Notes under the pieces: model-generated | Database searches by the model: none | What the model was told of the DNA's origin: nothing | The model's input: the letters and a program-made list of their open reading frames with translations, nothing else | Position numbers and translations under genes: made by a program | From: Sedimentisphaera cyanobacteriorum | Lineage (GTDB): Bacteria > Planctomycetota > Phycisphaerae > Sedimentisphaerales > Sedimentisphaeraceae | Length of the DNA stretch: 32,000 nt | Reading direction: 5' to 3' | Assembly: GCF_001997385.1 (NCBI RefSeq) | Contig: NZ_CP019633.1 | Location: 2,730,001 to 2,762,000, forward strand | In this document: piece after piece, positions 7,327 through 14,946 of the stretch | How positions within the stretch are numbered: the stretch's first letter is position 1 | How the letters are laid out: each line of letters opens with the position of its first letter

Positions 7327-10300
7327 GCAAACTTTGAGAATAATTTTAATGGAGAAAAAAATGAGCAAAACTTTCGCTTTCTATATCTTTACGTTTATAT
7401 TTTGTGCAGCAGCATTTGCAGCTGACGATTCTTGGACATTCGTAGGCTGGGCAGACCCGCATTATGAGGCCGCAGACCTTACGGGCAATAATCCCGCGGG
7501 CACGCCCGCAGCAAAAGGCTATCCCGAAGCCACTGAGGGCTTAAACGGAACAACTGATTTAGTGGAGAAGGATATCTCAGACAGGATCTCCCAGATGGCA
7601 GCTCACAATCCGGAAGCCGTGATTATCCCGGGCGATTTAGGAAGCTACCGTTTCGATGCAGACTGGGCGAAGGCGGCCTTTGCTCCGGGCGGAACTTATG
7701 AAGAGACTGTTCAAAACGCTGCGGATATCTACAACGGCCAATGGTACTACCGCTTTGCCTCCCAGATGCCCATGGTGCTTATGGCTGTAGGCGACCATGA
7801 GGTTGGCGATAACAATTGGGATGTCGGAAAGCCGATTTCTCATCTTGTTGATGAGTTCAGGCTGTCCTTAGCTCAGGCTTTCAATATGGATAATTCGGGA
7901 AGTTTCCGCTTTGACGACCCGATTGGCTCAGTAAGCTCACGACCTTTAGGCACGCCATACGAGAACACATCATTCGCCAAACAAGTTCGCAATGCACTGT
8001 TTATTTCTGTGGATGTATTCAGGCAGGACTCCCCGGATAAGAAGCTGAACGTAATTACCGGCTCGGTAACAGCAGATGTAAGCGGGGCTCATTTGAATTG
8101 GCTGCAAAATGTGTTAGTTGCCGCTGATAAAGAACGCACAATTGATCATGTGTTTGTTTTTGCGCATATCCCCGTTCTTGAGCCGGTGAGAAAATGGGCT
8201 TCAAGCGGTATGATGTTTGATAACAGGGATGATTCCGACTTCTGGGCAGCTCTTCGCAGCTCAAGCAAGGTGCGTGCGTATTTTGCCGGCGAAGTTCATA
8301 CGGTAACAGCCTCCAAAGATACCAAAAGCGACATACTCCAAATTGTTCATTCAGGATATATCAAGGCGGATGTTTACGAAGATAAGATAGAGTTCACAAA
8401 CTACAGATTCCAAAGTAAGGACGCCGGCTATACTGAGAAGTATTGGTCTAAGAATAAAGTAGCGTCTTTCAGTAAAAAGGCCGCACCGGAAATTAAGAAC
8501 GGCTCTATCACTGCTGATTATTCAAGAGACAAAGCAAGCTTCAGTTCTTCAGGAATATTTGAATTGATGGATCAGAAAGGCCTGTTGGTTCATTACAGCT
8601 TTGATGATGACTCTGAATCAAAAATAACAAACCACGGCTCAATGAAAACAGAATTTTACGGCGGAGTAAGAATGGGTTCGGGCTTCGGCGAAGGAGCTAT
8701 GGGCAAAGCAGGAACATTCGACGGTAAAGATGATTACATTACCAGCAAAAGAGGCATTTCTCCTGTAACAGGCTCTGAGCCTAGAACTGTCTCAGCTTGG
8801 ATAAAAACAAAAAGCTCTGAGAAAATGACAATAGCCGGCTGGGGCGGAGCTAAATGGGGAATTCTCGGAAAGTTCAATTTCGATTTAATTGACGGTAAAA
8901 TCGGGCTCTCTGCAGAAGGCACTCAGACACGGGCAGAAGGCTGCCCTAATCTTGCAGACGGGAAGTGGCATCATGTTGCTGCGGCTTTCCCCGGAAGACC
9001 CGCGGGAAAAGACAAATTGAAGGATTTGATATTTTTCGCTGACGGGCAGAAATATAAGCCAGAAACCAGCTCCGAAGATGTGATAATGACTAATTCGAGC
9101 GTTAATAATTTATATGTGGGCAGGGGAGCTCGAAATCGCGGCCCAAATTTCAAAGGCAGTATAGACGAGTTTGCTATTTGGGGCTCTCAGCTCAGTGACG
9201 GCAAGATTAAATCACTTTTTGCAGCTGCGAAAAATGAAAAACTCAATTACAATGCCTCCCAGATGGAAAAGCTGTTTGATTTGTACAATAAGCAATCAGG
9301 CTCAGCAGTTATTAAAGGCAGAAGGTGGCAGTGCATCTCCGGTCTTTCAGGTGCCCAGGGCGATTTGGTAATCCATAACGGCTCGCCGGCATTGATTTTC
9401 AATCAGCAGGGCAGAGGCGTCTTGGGTCTGTAATTTATAGCTATCCCCTTTCGGAGAACGCTAATCCAGCAAACTTTGAGATTTTACACGGAAGATAAAA
9501 TGAAAAAAAATTTCGGTTTTTTAATTTTAATGTTTACATTTTGTTTATCAGCATCAGCTGCAGATTCTTGGACATTCGTAGGCTGGGCAGACCCGCATTA
9601 TGAGGCCGCAGACCTTACTGGCAATAATCCCGCGGGCACGCCCGCAGCAGAAGGCTACCCAGATGCCACTGAGGGCTACAACGGAACAACTGATTTAGTG
9701 GAGCAGCATATCGCAGACAGGATCTCTCAGATGGCAGCTCAAAACCCCGAGCTGTTAATTGTTGCGGGAGACCTCGCTAGCTACCGCTTTGATGCAGACT
9801 GGGCGAGAAATGCGTTTGCTCCGAACGGTACTTATGAAGATACTATAATAAATGCTGGCGAGATTTACAATAATCAGTGGTATTACCGCTTTGCCTCGCA
9901 GATCCCGCTTGTGCTTGCAGCTGTGGGCGATCATGAAATAGGTGATAACAATTGGGGTGTTGGAAAGTCGATATCCTATCTGGTAGATGATTTCAGGCTC
10001 TCTTTCGCTCAGGCATTCAATATAGATGATTCGGGAATTTTCCGCTTTGACGACCCGATTGGCTCGGTAAACTCACGCCCAATAGGCACGCCATACCAGA
10101 ACACTTCGTACGCCAAGCAGGTTCGCAATGCCCTGTTTATCTCAGTAGATGTATTCAGGCAGGACTCACCGGATAAGCAGCTCAGTATTCTCTCCGGCTC
10201 GGTAACAGCGGATGTAAGCGGGGCTCATTTGAACTGGTTTCAGAATGTTCTTAATGCTGCACAGAACGACAGCACAATAGATCACGTGTTTGTTTTCGGT

Positions 10301-11572
10301 CATACGCCAATACTTGAGCCTGTGAGAAAGCATGCTTCCAGCGGGATGATGTTCGATAACAGAGAAGATTCAGATTTCTGGGCAGCTATGCGCAGCTCAA
10401 GCAAGGTGCGCGCTTATTTTGCCGGCGAGGTGCATACGGAAACCGCCTCTATAGATGCCCAGAGCGGTATCCTTCAAATCGTACATAAGGGCTATCTCAA
10501 GGCTGATGTTTATGAAGATAAGGTTGAGTTCACAAACTACAGATTCCAAAACACCGGCGCAGGCTATACTGAAAAGTACTGGAGCAGAAATTCTATAGCC
10601 TCTTTCAATAAGGTTGCATCTCCCGAAGTGATGAATGGTTCATTAATTGCCGACTATTCAGGCGTTTATCCGGAATTCAATGATTCAGGTATATTAGAAC
10701 TGGTCGATCGGAAAGGCCTTGTTGTTCATTACAGCTTTGAAGATGAATTTTCATCACGAATAATAAACCACGGCTCGCTCAAAACAGAATTCTACGGCGG
10801 GGTTAAAATGGGCTCAGGCTTCGGCGAAGGAGTTTTGGGGAAAGCGGGAACATTCGACGGTGAAGGATACCTTACTACCAAAAACGGGATATCTCCCATT
10901 ACCTGCTCTGAAGCAAGAACTGTATCAGCTTGGATTAAAACTGTAAATTCCGAGCAAATGACAATTGCCGGCTGGGGCGGAGCTAAAGGCGGAGTTCAAG
11001 GGAAGTTCAATTTTGATTTAGTCAACGGGGAAATCGGGCTTTCCGGAGAAAATTCCCAAACTCGAGCAGCAGGTTCGCCAAACCTTGCAGACGGCAAATG
11101 GCATCATGCAGCAGTTGCTTTCCCCGGGCGAAGCGCAGGCAAGGAAAAACTCAAAGACCTTATATTCTTCGTTGACGGCCAGAGGTATCCCGCAGAGTCT
11201 AACTCTGATGATCTTCTGGTAACTGATCCGGGATCTAATAGGCTTTACGTAGGCAGAGCTGCAAGAGATCACGGGCCAAATTTCGAAGGCAGTATAGATG
11301 ATTTTGCGATATGGGGCTCTCAGCTGAGCGATGCAAAGATTAAATCTCTATCGCATGCAGGCGAAAGCGAAACCCTCGGCTACAATGCTTCCCAGATGGA
11401 AAAGCTTTTCGATTTGTTCAACAGAAAATCCGGTTCGGTATTTATCAAAGGCAGAAGGTGGCAGTGCGTATCCGGTCTTTCAGGTGCACCGGGCGAACTT
11501 GTAACCAGCAGCGGCGAGCCTGCATTCGTTTTCGACCAGCAGGGCAACGGTGTTTTGGGCGAGATTACTGAT
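7327..11572. repeat. Tandem duplication of the metallophosphoesterase-LamG gene plus a short leader (offset about 2137-2142 bp)
   Basis: The proteins are collinear over about 690 aa. The leader motif GCAAACTTTGAGA is shared (7327-7339 and 9469-9481). The tract 7427-7513 vs 9564-9650 is near-identical, with one mismatch by my reading. Confidence 0.85.
7361..9433 (+). CDS. Secreted calcineurin-like metallophosphoesterase fused to a LamG domain
   Basis: I prefer ATG 7361 (GGAG at 7351-7354) over the track's TTG 7334. Signal peptide MSKTFAFYIFTFIFCAAAFAA. Phosphoesterase motifs appear in order: WADPHY (DxH), IPGDLGSY (GD), AVGDHEVGDNNW (GNHE-like), VFVFAHIPV, YFAGEVHT (GHxH-like). The LamG-like block reads RTVSAWIKTKSS ... 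GKWHHVAAAF ... GSIDEFAIWGSQLSD. Confidence 0.8.
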   Translation: MSKTFAFYIFTFIFCAAAFAADDSWTFVGWADPHYEAADLTGNNPAGTPAAKGYPEATEGLNGTTDLVEKDISDRISQMAAHNPEAVIIPGDLGSYRFDADWAKAAFAPGGTYEETVQNAADIYNGQWYYRFASQMPMVLMAVGDHEVGDNNWDVGKPISHLVDEFRLSLAQAFNMDNSGSFRFDDPIGSVSSRPLGTPYENTSFAKQVRNALFISVDVFRQDSPDKKLNVITGSVTADVSGAHLNWLQNVLVAADKERTIDHVFVFAHIPVLEPVRKWASSGMMFDNRDDSDFWAALRSSSKVRAYFAGEVHTVTASKDTKSDILQIVHSGYIKADVYEDKIEFTNYRFQSKDAGYTEKYWSKNKVASFSKKAAPEIKNGSITADYSRDKASFSSSGIFELMDQKGLLVHYSFDDDSESKITNHGSMKTEFYGGVRMGSGFGEGAMGKAGTFDGKDDYITSKRGISPVTGSEPRTVSAWIKTKSSEKMTIAGWGGAKWGILGKFNFDLIDGKIGLSAEGTQTRAEGCPNLADGKWHHVAAAFPGRPAGKDKLKDLIFFADGQKYKPETSSEDVIMTNSSVNNLYVGRGARNRGPNFKGSIDEFAIWGSQLSDGKIKSLFAAAKNEKLNYNASQMEKLFDLYNKQSGSAVIKGRRWQCISGLSGAQGDLVIHNGSPALIFNQQGRGVLGL

Positions 11573-12646
11573 ATGATTACAATCCTCCAGCAGCCTGAAA
11601 ACACAGCCGGAATTGAGGGCAAAGAGATTTCTCTAAGCGTTTCAGCTTCTGGTGCTGAGCCGATTGAATATCAGTGGTTCCATACGCAAGACAGCACTCC
11701 CTCGCAGGATGATACAGCGAAAGGCTCAGGCAGCGCTCTTGAGCTTAGCTTGAATGAACAGACTGAAGGCTATTACTACTGCAAACTTCAAAATCCCGAA
11801 GGCACAGCTTACACGAATACAGTAAGCGTGCGGCTGACGCATAAAATGGCTCACTGGACTCTCGATAATGATTCTGCCGGCTTCGATGGCAGCAGTTATC
11901 TGGATATCAGCTCATACGGCGAAAAAAGAGACGCCCTTGTAGAAGGCAGTTCTGAATTTGCAGATGGTGCATGCCCACAGCTCGGCCAGAGCGCTTTAAT
12001 CCAGAGAAACGATGGATACGCTTATGCCGGCGGCTGGAACCCGCTTGAGACAACCGGCAAATTTACAATGACACTATGGCTCAAGTGGAAGCAGAACCTC
12101 GGCAACTGGCAGGTGGTAACAGGGAAGAAGGATACCGACGGCGAGCTCTTCAGGCTTTCAATCAAGCCCGATGAATCTCTTCTCAATCTCGGAAAATCCA
12201 GCGGGGCTAAGGTGTTTGCGCCCGGGCCTCTGCCTGAGGGAGAATGGGTGTTTGCGGCATTCTCTATAGACTCGACAACTTCTCAGTCCACAGGTTCAAT
12301 TTATATGATAACTGAAGATGAAGGGCTCAGGAAGAGCTATTCTGAAACTTCGCTCGGCGAAAAAACAGACGCTGCTTTTGGAGTGGGCTCTGTGAAGGCC
12401 TCTTCAAGCTTTAACGGCTGGCTCGATGATGTTAGGGTTTATGATGCTGTTTTAGACGAAGAGGATATAACGACGATTTACTACCAGTCCTGCGGCAAGA
12501 CCGTATGCAATCCAGGTTCATTAAGCTTCGATACATCCGGCCCCAACGGGGAGCCGGATTGTGTCGTTAACTTATACGACTTTGCCAGCCTCTGCTTCAG
12601 CTGGATGGAATGCACCCTTCTGCCTGCTCATGAATGCATCGAATAG
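9500..12646 (+). CDS. Paralog of 7361-9433 (metallophosphoesterase-LamG) extended by an Ig-like, second LamG and dockerin-like cassette
   Basis: I prefer ATG 9500 (MKKNFGFLILMFTFCLSASAA) over the track's TTG 9476. The same five phosphoesterase motifs are present (AVGDHEIGDNNW, VFVFGHTPI, YFAGEVHT). First LamG: RTVSAWIKTVNS ... GSIDDFAIWGSQLSD. Then an Ig I-set-like EGYYYCKLQN motif and a second LamG (FTMTLWLKW ... GEWVFAAFSID ... GWLDDVRVYDAVLDEEDI). Tail is GEPDCVVNLYDFASLCFSWM. Confidence 0.85.
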   Translation: MKKNFGFLILMFTFCLSASAADSWTFVGWADPHYEAADLTGNNPAGTPAAEGYPDATEGYNGTTDLVEQHIADRISQMAAQNPELLIVAGDLASYRFDADWARNAFAPNGTYEDTIINAGEIYNNQWYYRFASQIPLVLAAVGDHEIGDNNWGVGKSISYLVDDFRLSFAQAFNIDDSGIFRFDDPIGSVNSRPIGTPYQNTSYAKQVRNALFISVDVFRQDSPDKQLSILSGSVTADVSGAHLNWFQNVLNAAQNDSTIDHVFVFGHTPILEPVRKHASSGMMFDNREDSDFWAAMRSSSKVRAYFAGEVHTETASIDAQSGILQIVHKGYLKADVYEDKVEFTNYRFQNTGAGYTEKYWSRNSIASFNKVASPEVMNGSLIADYSGVYPEFNDSGILELVDRKGLVVHYSFEDEFSSRIINHGSLKTEFYGGVKMGSGFGEGVLGKAGTFDGEGYLTTKNGISPITCSEARTVSAWIKTVNSEQMTIAGWGGAKGGVQGKFNFDLVNGEIGLSGENSQTRAAGSPNLADGKWHHAAVAFPGRSAGKEKLKDLIFFVDGQRYPAESNSDDLLVTDPGSNRLYVGRAARDHGPNFEGSIDDFAIWGSQLSDAKIKSLSHAGESETLGYNASQMEKLFDLFNRKSGSVFIKGRRWQCVSGLSGAPGELVTSSGEPAFVFDQQGNGVLGEITDMITILQQPENTAGIEGKEISLSVSASGAEPIEYQWFHTQDSTPSQDDTAKGSGSALELSLNEQTEGYYYCKLQNPEGTAYTNTVSVRLTHKMAHWTLDNDSAGFDGSSYLDISSYGEKRDALVEGSSEFADGACPQLGQSALIQRNDGYAYAGGWNPLETTGKFTMTLWLKWKQNLGNWQVVTGKKDTDGELFRLSIKPDESLLNLGKSSGAKVFAPGPLPEGEWVFAAFSIDSTTSQSTGSIYMITEDEGLRKSYSETSLGEKTDAAFGVGSVKASSSFNGWLDDVRVYDAVLDEEDITTIYYQSCGKTVCNPGSLSFDTSGPNGEPDCVVNLYDFASLCFSWMECTLLPAHECIE

Positions 12647-12662
12647 CTGAATCGCTCTACAT

Positions 12663-13589
12663 CTAATCAGCCCAAAGCCATTCATCTGCGAATTTCGCTA
12701 GATCCTTTATCCCAACTTCATTATCGTTATTGAAATCCTGCCGTTTTCTGTGCTCAATTGTAAACACCAGATCCCCGCCGGCAGACCCGTCATTATCTCC
12801 ATCCATTGGGTTGCCGGTCTGCTTGCTTGTTACTGTATCTGGTACAGTAATTGTGTACTCATCACCAAGCAGCGCCTCGGAAAATGTGATTATCATAAAT
12901 CTGCTCCCGCTGCCGGTGGTTTGCGAGGAAATACTGACCTCGTCTTCGTTTTCAACAGATGCCTCATCAGCCCCAAAGATAATCGGTTCGTTGAAGAGCA
13001 GACGAACAGAGCCCACGCCGCTTTCGTTTGTGTGTACGCCGTTAACTGCCGCCTTAGGATTTCTCATAAGAAGCTGAGGCCCCAAAACTGCTGGCTCTGA
13101 GGCTGTGATAATCCTTGCATAATCTCCCGGCGTACTTGCCCCAAGGTCGAATGATACTGTATAGCTCTCATCAATCACTGCTGAATCCCCGCTTTCAAGC
13201 CCCCGCATATACGGGTTAAGGTAGTTTGTTCCGGGGAGGCCGAGAAAATCGCTTGCGTTGAGCTTCTCCGTATCGTAAATCAGCCCGGCCACCAGCTCAT
13301 CAGTTACAACAGTGCCCGCTATCCTGGATTGGTCTTCAGGGTCGTAGATGATGTAATGGCTGCTCACAGTTGCTCCGGACGGAATTACAGAGGCGGGAAA
13401 GTCCAGCTCAAGGTCGCTTTGCAGTGTAGCATGCTGGCGTTCGTTGAAGCCGAGAAGCTCATCAACCTGATGATTGTCCTCGCCTGTATTCAGCGGCGGG
13501 CTTATCACTGTAACCGACCCGCCAACGATTTCTGAAAAACACTGAGCTGCGGCAAGGAGCAGTAATGCTGTAAATAGTAAACTTTTCAT
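12663..13589 (-). CDS. Secreted protein of unknown function with an Ig-like region and a C-terminal dockerin-like repeat
   Basis: I prefer ATG at 13589 (MKSLLFTALLLLAAAQCFSE signal peptide); the track starts at a TTG two codons upstream. Its C-terminal third reads GNPMDGDNDGSAGGDLVFT and then DFNNDNEVGIKDLAKFADEWLWAD. It is convergent with 9500-12646, with only 16 nt between the stop codons. Confidence 0.7.
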   Translation of the reverse strand: MKSLLFTALLLLAAAQCFSEIVGGSVTVISPPLNTGEDNHQVDELLGFNERQHATLQSDLELDFPASVIPSGATVSSHYIIYDPEDQSRIAGTVVTDELVAGLIYDTEKLNASDFLGLPGTNYLNPYMRGLESGDSAVIDESYTVSFDLGASTPGDYARIITASEPAVLGPQLLMRNPKAAVNGVHTNESGVGSVRLLFNEPIIFGADEASVENEDEVSISSQTTGSGSRFMIITFSEALLGDEYTITVPDTVTSKQTGNPMDGDNDGSAGGDLVFTIEHRKRQDFNNDNEVGIKDLAKFADEWLWAD

Positions 13590-13680
13590 AACCAAAAACC
13601 TTTCAAATAACAGCAGTTATAATTTAATCATACCGAATTTTTAGGCAGGATTCCAAGAAAAAAAGCATTTTTTTAAATTT

Positions 13681-14835
13681 TCAGCTCAATTTTTTATTGT
13701 TTTTTCGAAACTGTGCAGGAGTTTCTCCTGTCGCCTTCTTGAAATATCTCGACAAATGATCCGGCTCGCAGAACTCTAAATCGTTCGCTATCTGGTATGC
13801 AGGCAAATCTGTATTCAGCAGTTTATTCTTAATCAGCTCGATTCTAAGTTTACGGATTTCGCTTTTAACAGATTTACTGATGTGTTTTCGGAAGAGCCTT
13901 TCGATTGTTCTCCTTGAGGTGCAGCAATGTTCAGCAACGTCCTGAACGGTTATAGGTTTCTTAAAAATATGTCTGATGTAGATCAGTGCCTTCTGGACAA
14001 TTGGATTCTCAACAGCAAAAACATTTGTTGACTGCCTCTCGATTATCTGCACGGGATTAATATTTATAATTCTCGGATTGACCTTGTTTTCTATAAGCTC
14101 TTCAAGATGCTCGGCAGCCTTAAAGCCGGCATTTTCAAAATTCAGCTCAATGCTTGAAAGAGATGGTGAAGACAGCCTGCATACAAGCTCGTCATTATCC
14201 ACACCGAGAACAGCTGCCTGTTCAGGGACTTCAATACCCGCAATCTTGCATGCCTCAAGAATATACACTGCTCTGTCGTCGTTGCAGGTGAATATCCCAA
14301 CAGGTTTTGGTATATCAGCAAGCCACTTTGCTGTTTCTTTTATTTCTTCGTAAAAAATCTGAAAGTGATGAAATTCTTTTAGTCCGACACTGGTCTGAGC
14401 AATTCCCTTATCAGCTAAGATTTTGCAGAAGCCTTCAAAACGCTTGCCTGACCAAGGCAGATTGGGGAAGCCGCAGTATGCGAAATTGTGAAACCCTTTG
14501 CCAATGAAATATTCTGCAGCAATTCGGCCAACCTCGAATGAATTTACCGCAATTGTAGATTCTCCCTTTGCGTATTCAATTTGAGTATCTAAGATTACCT
14601 TAGGAAGGCTGAATTCTAATAATTCAGATAATCGGGAAGGGTCATAAATAAGCAGGCCGTCAAAATCTATCAGCTCGCTGGATCGACCTAAACCTTTAGC
14701 AGGCGAATTGACATAAGCAGGCGGGTTAGCCAGTACTTGCCAGTCTGAGTAGTTCGAGCAATACCGCTCAACACCGGCAAGAAATTTTCTTCCAGAGGCT
14801 CTCGAAGTGTCTATTTCTATAAGAATCTTTTTCAC
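13681..14835 (-). CDS. XylR-type transcriptional regulator (periplasmic-binding-protein-like sugar sensor domain plus AraC-family HTH)
   Basis: GTG start at 14835. The overall architecture and many blocks resemble E. coli XylR, e.g. GIFTCNDDRAVYILEACKIAGIEVPEQAAVLGVDNDEL ... IIERQST ... the AraC HTH ITVQDVAEHCCTSRRTIERLFRK ... DHLSRYFKKATGETPAQFRK. The ligand is unknown, so I assign no gene symbol. Confidence 0.85.
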   Translation of the reverse strand: MKKILIEIDTSRASGRKFLAGVERYCSNYSDWQVLANPPAYVNSPAKGLGRSSELIDFDGLLIYDPSRLSELLEFSLPKVILDTQIEYAKGESTIAVNSFEVGRIAAEYFIGKGFHNFAYCGFPNLPWSGKRFEGFCKILADKGIAQTSVGLKEFHHFQIFYEEIKETAKWLADIPKPVGIFTCNDDRAVYILEACKIAGIEVPEQAAVLGVDNDELVCRLSSPSLSSIELNFENAGFKAAEHLEELIENKVNPRIININPVQIIERQSTNVFAVENPIVQKALIYIRHIFKKPITVQDVAEHCCTSRRTIERLFRKHISKSVKSEIRKLRIELIKNKLLNTDLPAYQIANDLEFCEPDHLSRYFKKATGETPAQFRKNNKKLS

Positions 14836-14858
14836 TGAAAACCTTTTGTCGTAATTTG

Positions 14859-14873
14859 GCGGTATTTTACCGC
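14859..14873. promoter_or_regulatory. Perfect 6-3-6 palindrome in the divergent regulator/operon intergenic region; candidate operator
   Basis: GCGGTA ttt TACCGC at 14859-14873. It lies between the regulator start (14835) and ATG 14947 of the divergently transcribed operon. Confidence 0.3.
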
Positions 14874-14946
14874 ATTCTGGGCTTTAAATCAAGTTTTGCC
14901 GTGAGATAATAATATAAAATTATCATTTAAAGGAGAATTTAAAATT

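Noticed and set aside
7327-7339. GCAAACTTTGAGA (also at 9469-9481), containing AACTT, as an ECF-type -35 promoter element
   Set aside because: A 16-17-nt spacer would place the -10 element on the ribosome-binding site and the transcription start at or beyond the ATG, which is incompatible with the signal-peptide start codons. I kept it only as a shared leader motif.
7334-7360. Upstream TTG/GTG starts used by the ORF track: 7334, 9476, 16017, 26366, 30302 and 13595 (minus strand)
   Set aside because: In each case a downstream ATG gives a canonical signal peptide, lipobox or family N-terminus, and some of these ATGs (for example 7361) have a nearby Shine-Dalgarno sequence. Two of the extensions (16017, 26366) overlap the neighbouring gene.
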